The translations under genes and the position numbers were made by a program. Below, one piece after another: positions 52,001 through 59,838 of a stretch of DNA of 60,759 bases. The notes under the pieces are model-generated. The model was not told the DNA's origin, made no database searches, and saw only the letters and a program-made list of their open reading frames with translations. Origin of the DNA: an uncultured Dehalococcoidaceae bacterium (lineage in GTDB: Bacteria > Chloroflexota > Dehalococcoidia > Dehalococcoidales > RBG-16-60-22); the NCBI GenBank assembly GCA_964545815.1, contig CAZJGR010000002.1, positions 1 through 60,759 of the forward strand, in the 5' to 3' direction. The stretch's first letter is position 1. Each line of letters begins with the position of its first letter.

Positions 52001-52619
52001 GAAACTTTACCTGACCGCCTGGGCAGACGATACCCTGTCTCTGGCCGCGCGTGACTCCGGCGATCTGACCGCCATACAAACCACCACCATCGGCGCTTGC
52101 AGCAAGGCCGAAATGGAGGACCAGACCTACCAGATTGTGCCCCGCTGCATCTTCCTGCCTGGAACAAGCGGCTTCGGCGATTATGTGTGGGTCTTCGGTT
52201 GCTGGGACGACGGCGCCGTCAAACACCTGGCTTACTCGAGCGACGGAGGGGCAACCTTCGATAACAAAGGAAGCGCTACCTGGACGATTGACCACCGCCT
52301 GGGAGCTCTGGAGGTTTTCTATGACAACCAGACCCTCATGGCCGTTGTCAACCATGCCGTCAACCCCGCCCTCTGGCAAACTATCAACCAGGGCACAACC
52401 TGGGCCAACGTCAAAGCTGCCCCGTTCGGGGTAGAGTTTGAAGCGATCACTCGCTGCACCTGGGCGGCTGATGAACTGTTCATCGGCGCTAACGCGGCCG
52501 GAGCCGTCATGGCCGCCTGGATTGAGGCCCCCTATACCGGCGATTGGGTTGACGGCACAGGCGACCCCTCCCTGCCGACTGCCAGTGGAGAGATTACCGC
52601 CATCATTTTTGTAGGATGA
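49044..52619 (+). CDS. large tail tip / host-specificity protein with PKD-like domain and BNR/Asp-box repeats
   Basis: YTWYFPDGT...VVTWDAPGTYWVQLEVEDSNG (PKD-like). SPDAGETW, SSDGGATF, LDNGLHW, INQGTTW (Asp-box-like). Confidence 0.8.
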   Translation: MPELSPGDLALLRTHPHKSEECLAVLHPATMLTCLLDGVPTGDPVTQISYSDIDEGDPLNVIAGMTLYVGTSEGGRQKGTCRIRKAPADSILYIAEDSKIEWEDDDYLTVVENYELWVKYPRLVVAGETLTIYKDWEQAYNGEHSNWPPVAILGPPDCQFIDPDTGLATCSFVGERSYAVAPGATIPGANYTWYFPDGTPEVSTDPGTEAAPIVVTWDAPGTYWVQLEVEDSNGKTHLGRRPVFIFDRTGTDAPYTRFKMGSRSGSIGQHGHQASFEVYGDADQAEFPDGALVVYFTQDGYGDTQQSIGGNFPFRSHIKFVGYIQRESTQKDPETSTVTFEAATINSLMAAREGFSCWIKTRGTATTWSDAVALTADRAALSLCRHHSTILDICDVIISGNTLYIKSQEFAAKTNLLQQLQTLYDDLFAHVACDKQGRLYFDLDPQMRPVSERDDIDVIVDLTHADWRDKLGLPRPQEPKTSFINLAGVAYPGYPHDVIPILSKAPGDAPAYGGSTREISGLILSTQADGNEKAGLALAADNNEFPQVSIPLAGHWDVFDIVPQEYVRLSLAAGDTKRGIVWTNQKLIPRQVNYRVEEGDSGRAIQVDIEVEKDSFGPAGVDGDYPTDVPPVTTTTTAPPPTPPPGGYEGEAGTVVAAHSEDGVYWSDFMGESWENRLAGAVLDLIWDPWWFTNERAGNHDPANCILWACGPGFIKVSPDAGETWTGRTPTDDPPNTWEDTTPPTATGVTYKQLHGDIYNLDVFYALVEWQEVDSGLDKWRGWVAKTLDNGLHWTWYELASFIGGPTYTFDWAGGPEGFTPVGETFWAQESIATWYDGVWPSCPDGGDGYWLANAVSPGGPWADWETYICLQYATKMSFDTVNWLYRQWGGLNVGGQRLEVYTSVNGVDWVQAYTTYWESDQPCPYASGAVPLVVADKYARFVVWGHGAFGHVPENAFFALTLTNLIAGTVQMRPLAFDLDMETGGKLYLTAWADDTLSLAARDSGDLTAIQTTTIGACSKAEMEDQTYQIVPRCIFLPGTSGFGDYVWVFGCWDDGAVKHLAYSSDGGATFDNKGSATWTIDHRLGALEVFYDNQTLMAVVNHAVNPALWQTINQGTTWANVKAAPFGVEFEAITRCTWAADELFIGANAAGAVMAAWIEAPYTGDWVDGTGDPSLPTASGEITAIIFVG

Positions 52620-52623
52620 AATC

Positions 52624-53484
52624 ATGACCACACCACAAGAAGCGACACGCGCCCTGTTTGAACTGATCATCACCAGGGAACAGTATAGACCCGTCTGGAC
52701 CGCCCTCATGGGTGACGGGACAGGAACGGTTGAGGACCCTGACGACCCTGATAAGGTTTTCGTGCGAGTACATGGCCTGCAATCGTCTGTCGCATCTGTA
52801 TTCAACAAGGCCGTGCCCACCAACCGGCCCGACCTGCCTGTCATGATCGGAGTCACCAGGGAACAGCCCTATTTAGTCCAGGTGCTGGGTGTAGACTGGT
52901 CGGCTCTGCCGACCTGGAACGGGACACCCATGCTGCCGCTACATGGCCCCGAACACCAGCTACCGAACGGCTCTGACCCGGTTTACATCCAGAAGCGAGC
53001 GATCATCCCCCTGCGGGCCTCACCGCAGGACCCGCCTGATATGACCCTCCATATCTACCCCGACTATTACCCGTTCCTTGACGGCTGGCAGCTTTTTGAG
53101 GAAACGGACAGCGAGGACCTGACGGCCCGCGTGCCGGCCACAGCCAACATGGGGCGCTTTGTCACTCTCTACGTGGACGGAGCTACTAATACCCTGGCCT
53201 ACCAGAACGGCGCTGAGGGCATAGCCTACCCGCCACCCATGGCCGAGCCGCTTGAAATACCCATGCCGCCGGCCGGCAGCGTACCCGTCTGCGCCGTCCG
53301 GCTCTACAATGGCATGGCCGCCGTCTACGAGGATGACATCTATGACGTCCGAATCCTGATCTCCCCCCTGGGGGGCAGTCTGACGCCGGCCACCCATCCC
53401 CTGGACCCCCTGGGAGGCCAGCACAGCGGGCGCCTTGACACCCGTCACCTGTGGGCCTCGGTCGCGTGTTGTGGTGCACAATGA
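52624..53484 (+). CDS. tail protein (286 aa)
   Basis: Position only. Confidence 0.6.
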   Translation: MTTPQEATRALFELIITREQYRPVWTALMGDGTGTVEDPDDPDKVFVRVHGLQSSVASVFNKAVPTNRPDLPVMIGVTREQPYLVQVLGVDWSALPTWNGTPMLPLHGPEHQLPNGSDPVYIQKRAIIPLRASPQDPPDMTLHIYPDYYPFLDGWQLFEETDSEDLTARVPATANMGRFVTLYVDGATNTLAYQNGAEGIAYPPPMAEPLEIPMPPAGSVPVCAVRLYNGMAAVYEDDIYDVRILISPLGGSLTPATHPLDPLGGQHSGRLDTRHLWASVACCGAQ

Positions 53485-53486
53485 TT

Positions 53487-53530
53487 CTGGACTTATCCTG
53501 ACCTGCCTGACGACAGGCGGGTAAGTCCAG
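53487..53530. repeat. nested element CTGGACTTA...CCTGCCTG-acga-CAGGCGGG...TAAGTCCAG
   Basis: Exact 9-bp outer arms. Confidence 0.9.
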
Positions 53531-53533
53531 AGG

Positions 53534-54028
53534 TTAGAGTTTATGATGCCGAATGCGATGGCACTTTACGCAAAGCGGAATTACATCCAATGGCCGATTG
53601 TAGTCTGGATGGTGATACTCCTTTGCCTGCTGGCCACAATCAGCACAGTTGGGGGTGGAAGGAGAAGGTATTTTGCCTGCCGTGATAGCGTGATTAACGC
53701 TACGCACAGCCAGGTGTTTTTGAGGCCGCTGCGAACGATAACGATAAGTACGGACATGACTGGACGCCTTACCTTGGCTACTATGCACATAGTCACGTTC
53801 GGTGGCTTGTCCCTTTTCACTTTGTCTGTATCTCTGCTTCTTTGCCTTACCCTTTTCACTTTGGTCATACCGGCGTTGGATCATTTTACCCTGCTCGGTT
53901 TGTACATACGCCCGGCCATATACAGCCTGACAACGCTTACAGTAGTTTTGATAGCCATCTCTATTTGTTGTTCCTCGATTGAACGCATCGAGCGGTTTCA
54001 TTTGTTTACAGCCAGAACAACGCTTCAT
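53534..54028 (-). CDS. HNH homing-type endonuclease
   Basis: CADCG...EYHHPDYNRPLDVIPLCVKCHRIRHH. N-terminal CSGCK...CKRC. Repeated (Y/R)xQSEKGK motifs. Trimmed to ATG 54028. Confidence 0.85.
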   Translation of the reverse strand: MKRCSGCKQMKPLDAFNRGTTNRDGYQNYCKRCQAVYGRAYVQTEQGKMIQRRYDQSEKGKAKKQRYRQSEKGQATERDYVHSSQGKASSHVRTYRYRSQRPQKHLAVRSVNHAITAGKIPSPSTPNCADCGQQAKEYHHPDYNRPLDVIPLCVKCHRIRHHKL

Positions 54029-54177
54029 TATTCCCCCCAAAAAGGAGCCCCCGGGCTGCCGGCAGTTTGTGTCTAGCAACCTGCACATTTGCAGCCCAGG
54101 GGCATAAAATAAAAACTGCCTGAGTGCATCGGGTTGCTAGACACCTTAATGATAGCATCGAAAGAGAGGATTGTCAA

Positions 54178-54660
54178 ATGGGTATGGTATTAACAGACAC
54201 GCTTCCGGTAGATGCAGGAACCCAAAAATTTGTTGCACCAATTGACTCGACCACAGCCCTATTCGTCCTGCTTCGCGCCCTGAACGTGGAAACGGTTGAT
54301 ACCCTGGACTATGGCGACCAGGGCGTCAGTTTAGGGGCAGGGCAGGGGGCCACCACCCAGACCCATGACGCCGTAACCGTAACCACCGCCGAAAGCGTGG
54401 GAACTCAGGTCATCTCGGCGGGCTATAGCAAGGCCGCCATCTTTGTCGAGGTGGAAGCCGGGGCAGACATAGCCATCACCGTCTATGGCCGCCTGATCAC
54501 GGCCGGAGATAACTACACCCTGGCCATACTGGAGACCCAGGAAGCCTCCAGCCGTCACGTCTATCTAGTGGAGATTGCCTGCCCCTACCTGGCCATCGGA
54601 TTGACCGCCGTGGCCGATAGCGCCGTCTGTTCATGCAGTGTCCACCTGCTACCTGCCTGA
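54178..54660 (+). CDS. hypothetical tail-associated protein (160 aa)
   Basis: Trimmed to ATG 54178 behind GAGAGGA. Confidence 0.6.
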   Translation: MGMVLTDTLPVDAGTQKFVAPIDSTTALFVLLRALNVETVDTLDYGDQGVSLGAGQGATTQTHDAVTVTTAESVGTQVISAGYSKAAIFVEVEAGADIAITVYGRLITAGDNYTLAILETQEASSRHVYLVEIACPYLAIGLTAVADSAVCSCSVHLLPA

Positions 54661-54738
54661 CCTGCCTGTCGCAGGCAGGCCTGACAGGCCATACAGTGCT
54701 TGAATTTTGCCTGCCTGACGACAGGCAGGGAGGGAACC

Positions 54739-56499
54739 ATGACCATCCGCCCGCTGGCCGACCGGTGGGGAAGGCTCAGAAACTTTAGCTTTTCTTCCGA
54801 GACTGAGCCGACCCAAACCTGGCCCGGCTGCACCTGGATAAACCCGGCCACCGGAGTCATCCGCGTGCGCAACGCGGCCGATAGCGCCTGGGTTGTAGCC
54901 GGAGGTGGTACGGCCGGACCCCATCATGAGAACCATGAAAACGGAGGCGATGACGAGGTCAACGTCGCCGGGCTTTCGGGAGTCCTGGCCGACCCACAAA
55001 CGCCGGCCGCTCATCATGGCTCCCACGAAAACGGCGCCGGCGATGAAATCAGCGTCGCCGGACTTTCGGGAGAACTGGCCGACCTCCAGCCGCCCAAGGC
55101 CCACGACCATTCGGACGCGGCGACACAGGGCGGCCAGAACTTGCGGCAGATTCTTGAGTTGGAAATGGAAAACGCCACCGTCCTGGTCCCTGTCGCCGGA
55201 GTTATCACCCGAACTCAGACATACCACCGAGTAGACCCTGACGGTGGCAGTGCCGACCTCCACACCATCCTCGGGGGAACCGAGGGCGACATCCTTTTCT
55301 TGCAACCCCTGGGCTACGCCGATATCGTCCATGTATTGCAGTACCAGATACCAGGCAACATCATGCTCACCCGGCTTCAAAATGCCGACTTGCTCAAGTG
55401 GCAAATCGCAGGATTTATCTACGATGGCACGTGGTGGCACGATTTTAGCTGGATTGGAATCAAGACCCATAACCACACCAGCCTTGCCGAGGGCAGCGTA
55501 CTACTCCATGCAAACCTGTCTGGTCTTGGGAATGATGAACACACCCAATACCTCAAAGAAAAAGCGTCGGGAGGTACAGCAGCGGAGATACCGGTCCACG
55601 CCCACACCTCGGCCGATGAAGGTGGCATATCGCCTGGGCGCAACCAATTGACCAATGGCGGCCACGAGCTCTGGCAACGAGGAGCCGGAGCCTTCACGGC
55701 GAACAACGCCTACTGCGCTGACCGCTGGCAAATTTATCTGGCCGGCACCGATACGCTCTCTATAACCAGGAGTGCCACTAAGAAAACCAACTCGCTCTAC
55801 GCCTCGGCCTGTGCCTTTGTCCTCGGCAACGGCGCAGGGGCGACACAGTACCAGCAGAAGCTGGTCATCTCCACCAGTGACGAGTACCACCACCTGCTGG
55901 GCCAGGTTGTTTCTCTGACCATCTCGGTTAAGCTATTGGCCGGTGTAGCCAGCGCCGTCCGCTCTTTTATCACCTACGATGGGACGGGCGGGGCAACGAC
56001 TTATAGCAGCTATCATGGCAATAACACCGATTGGGAAGACCTGACCGTCCTCAACGTGACCGTGCCGACTGATGCGACTTATGTCCTGGTTGGCGTGGCC
56101 CTTGCCGCCTCCTGCACAGCCTACATTGATAACTGCGCCCTGACCCTGGGGCCACAAGCGCCGGTCTACGAGGGCGAGCACCCCGCCGAGTTGTGGGACA
56201 GATGCCAGCGGTACTATGAAATTCAGGCCGGGACGGTAGGAGGGCAGCCCTGGGTCGTAAACAACAATGGCGGTGCCGCAGGTTACATCGCGTGCTCCCC
56301 CGTCTTTACAACCCGTAAAACAGTGGCTCCTACGATGACCAAAAGCGGCACCTGGATCGTGAATAAAGTCGGCCAACCCGTCGCCAGGGCCAGCAGCGTT
56401 ATCGGATATAACCTCTATGCACAAATTTCGAGTGCGGGGAATCAATACTTTCAACCCGATAGTGTAGATGACACCGTAACAGCGGAGGCCAACCCATGA
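54739..56499 (+). CDS. tail fibre protein
   Basis: Trimmed to ATG 54739 behind GGGAGGGA. Tandem His-rich units HxNHENGGxDEVxVAGLSGxLADxQ. Confidence 0.75.
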   Translation: MTIRPLADRWGRLRNFSFSSETEPTQTWPGCTWINPATGVIRVRNAADSAWVVAGGGTAGPHHENHENGGDDEVNVAGLSGVLADPQTPAAHHGSHENGAGDEISVAGLSGELADLQPPKAHDHSDAATQGGQNLRQILELEMENATVLVPVAGVITRTQTYHRVDPDGGSADLHTILGGTEGDILFLQPLGYADIVHVLQYQIPGNIMLTRLQNADLLKWQIAGFIYDGTWWHDFSWIGIKTHNHTSLAEGSVLLHANLSGLGNDEHTQYLKEKASGGTAAEIPVHAHTSADEGGISPGRNQLTNGGHELWQRGAGAFTANNAYCADRWQIYLAGTDTLSITRSATKKTNSLYASACAFVLGNGAGATQYQQKLVISTSDEYHHLLGQVVSLTISVKLLAGVASAVRSFITYDGTGGATTYSSYHGNNTDWEDLTVLNVTVPTDATYVLVGVALAASCTAYIDNCALTLGPQAPVYEGEHPAELWDRCQRYYEIQAGTVGGQPWVVNNNGGAAGYIACSPVFTTRKTVAPTMTKSGTWIVNKVGQPVARASSVIGYNLYAQISSAGNQYFQPDSVDDTVTAEANP

Positions 56500-56915
56500 A
56501 CATCTCAACCAGGAACAAGGACGACACGATCACTTTCTGCCAGGGGATGCACATCTACACAGTGGACCTCAAGACCCTGGCCTTCGGCAAGCGATTGACC
56601 GATAGCAAGGAGAAGCCCACAGAAGTCGTGTTCGAGGGTGAGATATTTTGCATCCGCCCTGATTGCCCGGCCTGTGCCGCCGCCGCCCAGGAACACGGCC
56701 TCCCGGGCTACAAGGTTCCCGTTCACTCCATAGCCTGGCCCATCCTGGGCGATATCGAAGCGTTGGAAATCCACCTGCGCCATAGGATGCAGAAGGGGGG
56801 AAAGAATCTTGAAACCGCTATCACCGAAATCGAACCCTACCTGCCAGATACCTACGCCCGCGCCCGCTTGCAAGAAGCCGTCAAAGAAGTCCGGAAAGCC
56901 CCGCCTACCCTTTAG
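56496..56915 (+). CDS. hypothetical protein (139 aa; fibre chaperone?)
   Basis: ATGA overlap with the fibre gene. Confidence 0.55.
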   Translation: MNISTRNKDDTITFCQGMHIYTVDLKTLAFGKRLTDSKEKPTEVVFEGEIFCIRPDCPACAAAAQEHGLPGYKVPVHSIAWPILGDIEALEIHLRHRMQKGGKNLETAITEIEPYLPDTYARARLQEAVKEVRKAPPTL

Positions 56916-56929
56916 GTAGTCCGCCTGTT

Positions 56930-56953
56930 CTGGACTTATCATGATAAATTCAG
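56930..56953. repeat. 24-bp element CTGGACTTATCATGATAAATTCAG
   Basis: Reverse complement of 23220-23243. Ends 11 nt before the -35 of the next promoter. Confidence 0.9.
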
Positions 56954-56964
56954 TGCAGGACCTA

Positions 56965-56993
56965 TTGACAGAAACCCCTTTCTGTGCTAAAAT
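56965..56993 (+). promoter_or_regulatory. sigma70-type promoter P-rep (TTGACA-17-TGcTAAAAT)
   Basis: -35 at 56965-56970, -10 at 56988-56993, TGn extended -10. GTGCTAA (56984-56990) and TTAGCAC (57009-57015) form inverted repeats bracketing the transcription start. Confidence 0.75.
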
Positions 56994-57028
56994 TAGTATA
57001 GAACGAGATTAGCACGGAAGGGGAAACC

Positions 57029-57349
57029 ATGCACGATCCCATAAAGCTCATGCAGGGCCGCTCAAAGCCCATCAACGTGAGCCTGACCACTAACTTGGAA
57101 CAGGCTCTGCGAGCGCAATCCCGCAAAGAGAACCGGCCTATCTCCCGCATTGTCCGCCTGGCCGTTCTCCACTACCTGATCGCCCGGGACCGGCCGCCCA
57201 GGGAGGAACTCCATGACCACGGCGAGGAGTGTGAATACCAGGAACACGACGGCACTTTCTGTGCATGGGCCTGGGAGTCCTGCAACGGCCCGACCGATGG
57301 GTGCGGTTTTTTTCCAAGACGTCCCCGAAAGACCGTAGATGAGAATTAA
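57029..57349 (+). CDS. ribbon-helix-helix protein
   Basis: PINVSLTTNLEQALRAQSRKENRPISRIVRLAVLHYL. Confidence 0.7.
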   Translation: MHDPIKLMQGRSKPINVSLTTNLEQALRAQSRKENRPISRIVRLAVLHYLIARDRPPREELHDHGEECEYQEHDGTFCAWAWESCNGPTDGCGFFPRRPRKTVDEN

Positions 57350-58277
57350 ACCCCTAGCCCGCCCTGGTTACACCATGATGTCCAATTTCACGTTGGACTA
57401 TATCATGCCTCACCTATCCCCCAACGGATGGAAGGTCCTCTGTGTAGCCATTCGGCGTACCATAGGCTGGGTGCACCCTGACGACCCTACCCGCCGCAAA
57501 GAACGGGACCGTATCTCCCTCAGCCAGTTTATGGCCGGGACGGGAATTGCCTCGAAGGAAACAGTACTCCGCGCTCTACGAGAGTGCCTGGGCGAAAACA
57601 GTGAGCACCTTGAATATCTATGCCGCCTGCCGGCGCCCGATCACGCCCAGGCATTTTTATATTACCTCAATACGGAATTGGAGATTGAGGTGCCAGAAAC
57701 CGGTACGGAAATTGTACCCGTTAAGGGAACCGGTACGGAAATTGTACCGGTTGACGAAAAAACCGGTACGGAAATTGTACCGGTTGACGAAAAAACCGGT
57801 ACGGAAACTGTACACACAAAAGAAAAGGGGGATAAAGAAACAGGGGATAAAGAAACAGGGGCCGATCCGCTTCTTTTTGAGCTTGAGAGGGCAACCCTGA
57901 CAGCTCAGGAATCCGAAGGGAACTGGGCTGACCCCGAAACCAACAGCCTGGCCGATAACCTGGTGAAATTGTACTGCGCCCTACAAGGCCAGGCAGAACC
58001 GAAAGGAAACACCAGGCGCACCTGGCGTCTGGCCCTCGGGGAAATCCTCAAGGCCTGGGGCCTGTCCCAGGATGGGGAAACGGCAGCTGCAGCCTTGCGA
58101 ATTCTCCTCGATCCGGAGGGGGAGTTCACCTATCAACGCCGGACCTACCACCCCCTCAAGCCCGGTTTCCAGGGGGACCTGGCCACCGTCATCGGCCGCC
58201 TCCTGGCCGGAGGGACGGGTTATCTGGATGCCCAGGATGAACCGGCCGATATGCCCGGTATTCAATTTGAGCATTAG
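57339..58277 (+). CDS. replication initiator, lambda O-like N-terminal domain
   Basis: YTMMSNFTLDYIMPHLSPNGWKVLCVAIRRTIGW...DRISLSQFMAGTGIASKETVLRALREC. Iterons lie inside the gene. Confidence 0.8.
   Translation: MRIKPLARPGYTMMSNFTLDYIMPHLSPNGWKVLCVAIRRTIGWVHPDDPTRRKERDRISLSQFMAGTGIASKETVLRALRECLGENSEHLEYLCRLPAPDHAQAFLYYLNTELEIEVPETGTEIVPVKGTGTEIVPVDEKTGTEIVPVDEKTGTETVHTKEKGDKETGDKETGADPLLFELERATLTAQESEGNWADPETNSLADNLVKLYCALQGQAEPKGNTRRTWRLALGEILKAWGLSQDGETAAAALRILLDPEGEFTYQRRTYHPLKPGFQGDLATVIGRLLAGGTGYLDAQDEPADMPGIQFEH
57699..57857. promoter_or_regulatory. candidate origin of replication: 4 iterons plus an A-rich tandem 15-mer tract
   Basis: ACCGGTACGGAAATTGTACC at 57699, 57729 and 57762, with a variant at 57795. 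Each contains GGTAC-N7-GTACC. GGGGATAAAGAAACA x2 at 57828-57857. Confidence 0.7.
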
Positions 58278-58285
58278 AAAGGAGA

Positions 58286-58564
58286 TTGCCCATGCCAACA
58301 TCACCATACAATCCTGGAACCTATAGCCGAAAGGATGTAGCCGGCATCCTGGAGCTCACCCGGCATGACCTGGAGTACATCTCGACCCCGCGGTGGGAAG
58401 AGCTTGATGGGAAATCCATCCACGTGCATGACTGGCGGCGATACATTCCCCCCCCCGTAAAGACGCTATGGCCCCGCCTGGCCTGGGAAACAAGAACCGT
58501 TGCCTACTATCTGGCACAACTGGCCGCCGAGGCCGAGGAGCCTGCCTTGCCAGCAGGCAGGTAG
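58286..58564 (+). CDS. hypothetical protein (92 aa)
   Basis: AAAGGAG SD. The C-terminus and stop come from a CCTGCC...GGCAGGTAG palindrome. Confidence 0.6.
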   Translation: MPMPTSPYNPGTYSRKDVAGILELTRHDLEYISTPRWEELDGKSIHVHDWRRYIPPPVKTLWPRLAWETRTVAYYLAQLAAEAEEPALPAGR

Positions 58565-58569
58565 GATTG

Positions 58570-59358
58570 ATGGCTAAACGAGATTGCCCGACCTGTCACG
58601 GCGCAGGATTCACCGCCCGGGACGTGCCCACAGGACATCCCGACTTTGGAAGGATATACCCCTGCGATTGCTACAGGGAGGAGCTGGCGGCCCTCGCCTT
58701 ACAGAAGGCCATCGGGAAAGCGGGCCTGCCCCCTGATCTGCGCAGGATGAATTTCGACAATTTCCACCCCGATCGGGCCGTGCCTCCGATGGCCCCGACG
58801 CCGGGAGACCGCAGCACCTGGGCCAGACGGGCCAAAGCCCGCCTGGATAGGGCCGCCGCCTTGCCCTCCCTGGAGGAACACGTGAAACGGGTCAAACAGT
58901 ACTGCGTCGACTTTGTGCAGGGCCCGACCTACTTTCTCCTCCTTACCGGAGGAACCGGCTGTGGTAAGACTCACCTGGCAGCGGCCATGGCCAACCACTG
59001 CCTGGAGAATCGTCTATCCGCCGTCTGCCTGGTGGTAGTGCCCGACTTGCTGGACAGCCTGCGGGCCTCAATGAAGGCCGAAAGTAAGGTTGGCTTTGAC
59101 CAACTTTTCGCTGCCTACAAAATGGCCCATCTGCTGATCCTGGATGATGCCGGAGTGGAGAAGCCCACGCCCTGGGTGGGAGAGAAGCTCTATCAGTTAT
59201 TTAACTACCGCTACAATCATTGCCTGCCCACGGTGATCACCTCCAACGACACCCCAGGAGCCTTTGACCCTCGGCTACAGAGCCGCTTATTTGACAGGCG
59301 TAACCGACGCCTTGAAATCCTGGCCGGTGATTACCGGCTAAGGAGTGACGGGGGATGA
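58570..59358 (+). CDS. DnaC/IstB-like helicase loader with N-terminal Zn finger
   Basis: Trimmed to ATG 58570. CPTCHGAG. LLLTGGTGCGKTHLAAAMA (Walker A), LLILDDAG (Walker B). Confidence 0.85.
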   Translation: MAKRDCPTCHGAGFTARDVPTGHPDFGRIYPCDCYREELAALALQKAIGKAGLPPDLRRMNFDNFHPDRAVPPMAPTPGDRSTWARRAKARLDRAAALPSLEEHVKRVKQYCVDFVQGPTYFLLLTGGTGCGKTHLAAAMANHCLENRLSAVCLVVVPDLLDSLRASMKAESKVGFDQLFAAYKMAHLLILDDAGVEKPTPWVGEKLYQLFNYRYNHCLPTVITSNDTPGAFDPRLQSRLFDRRNRRLEILAGDYRLRSDGG

Positions 59359-59567
59359 CCAACATGATCCTGATCGTCCCCGGCCTGAAGGGGAGAAAGA
59401 TTGAGCATGACGTGCGGGCACTCCGTACGGCCGGGTGCGTTGTGGAACTTAATCCCGGCCAGCTATTTTGTAGCACCCCAGGAGCATGGGAGATTTGGAA
59501 TACTAAACCCTGGCGACTGGTACACCGTATCCCCCGCCTCCGCGTGCTGCTTGTTCTTGAAAATTGA
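59355..59567 (+). CDS. hypothetical protein (70 aa)
   Basis: ATGA overlap with the upstream gene. Confidence 0.5.
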   Translation: MTNMILIVPGLKGRKIEHDVRALRTAGCVVELNPGQLFCSTPGAWEIWNTKPWRLVHRIPRLRVLLVLEN

Positions 59568-59582
59568 GGGGGAGGAGGACCG

Positions 59583-59810
59583 ATGAACGAAAGAGATGAC
59601 ATCAAGATTACATTGATAGATAAGAGGGGGGGCAGAAAGCTGCACCTGGACCTCATCGAACGAGACGCCGTCATTACAATAGGGGACGAATCCATTCTGA
59701 TTAACCTGGACAAGCTATCTGCCGCCTGCAGGGCGCTCCAGGAGCTACGGGATGCTGAGGCAGGGGACAGATGGCAGCGGCTAACCGTGTTTGACTCCCC
59801 TGCCAGGTAG
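59583..59810 (+). CDS. hypothetical protein (75 aa)
   Basis: GGGGGAGGAGG SD. Confidence 0.55.
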   Translation: MNERDDIKITLIDKRGGRKLHLDLIERDAVITIGDESILINLDKLSAACRALQELRDAEAGDRWQRLTVFDSPAR

Positions 59811-59838
59811 GCGCAAACAGGGACAGGTGGGATGGGGG

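Noticed and set aside
54151-54179. Minus-strand TTGACA at 54179-54174 as a promoter for the HNH gene.
   Set aside because: No acceptable -10 lies at 16-18 nt spacing (GCTATC).
54739-56950. Diversity-generating retroelement or retron near the fibre genes.
   Set aside because: No reverse transcriptase (YxDD) ORF exists anywhere in the window, and there is no TR/VR near-duplicate at the fibre 3' end.
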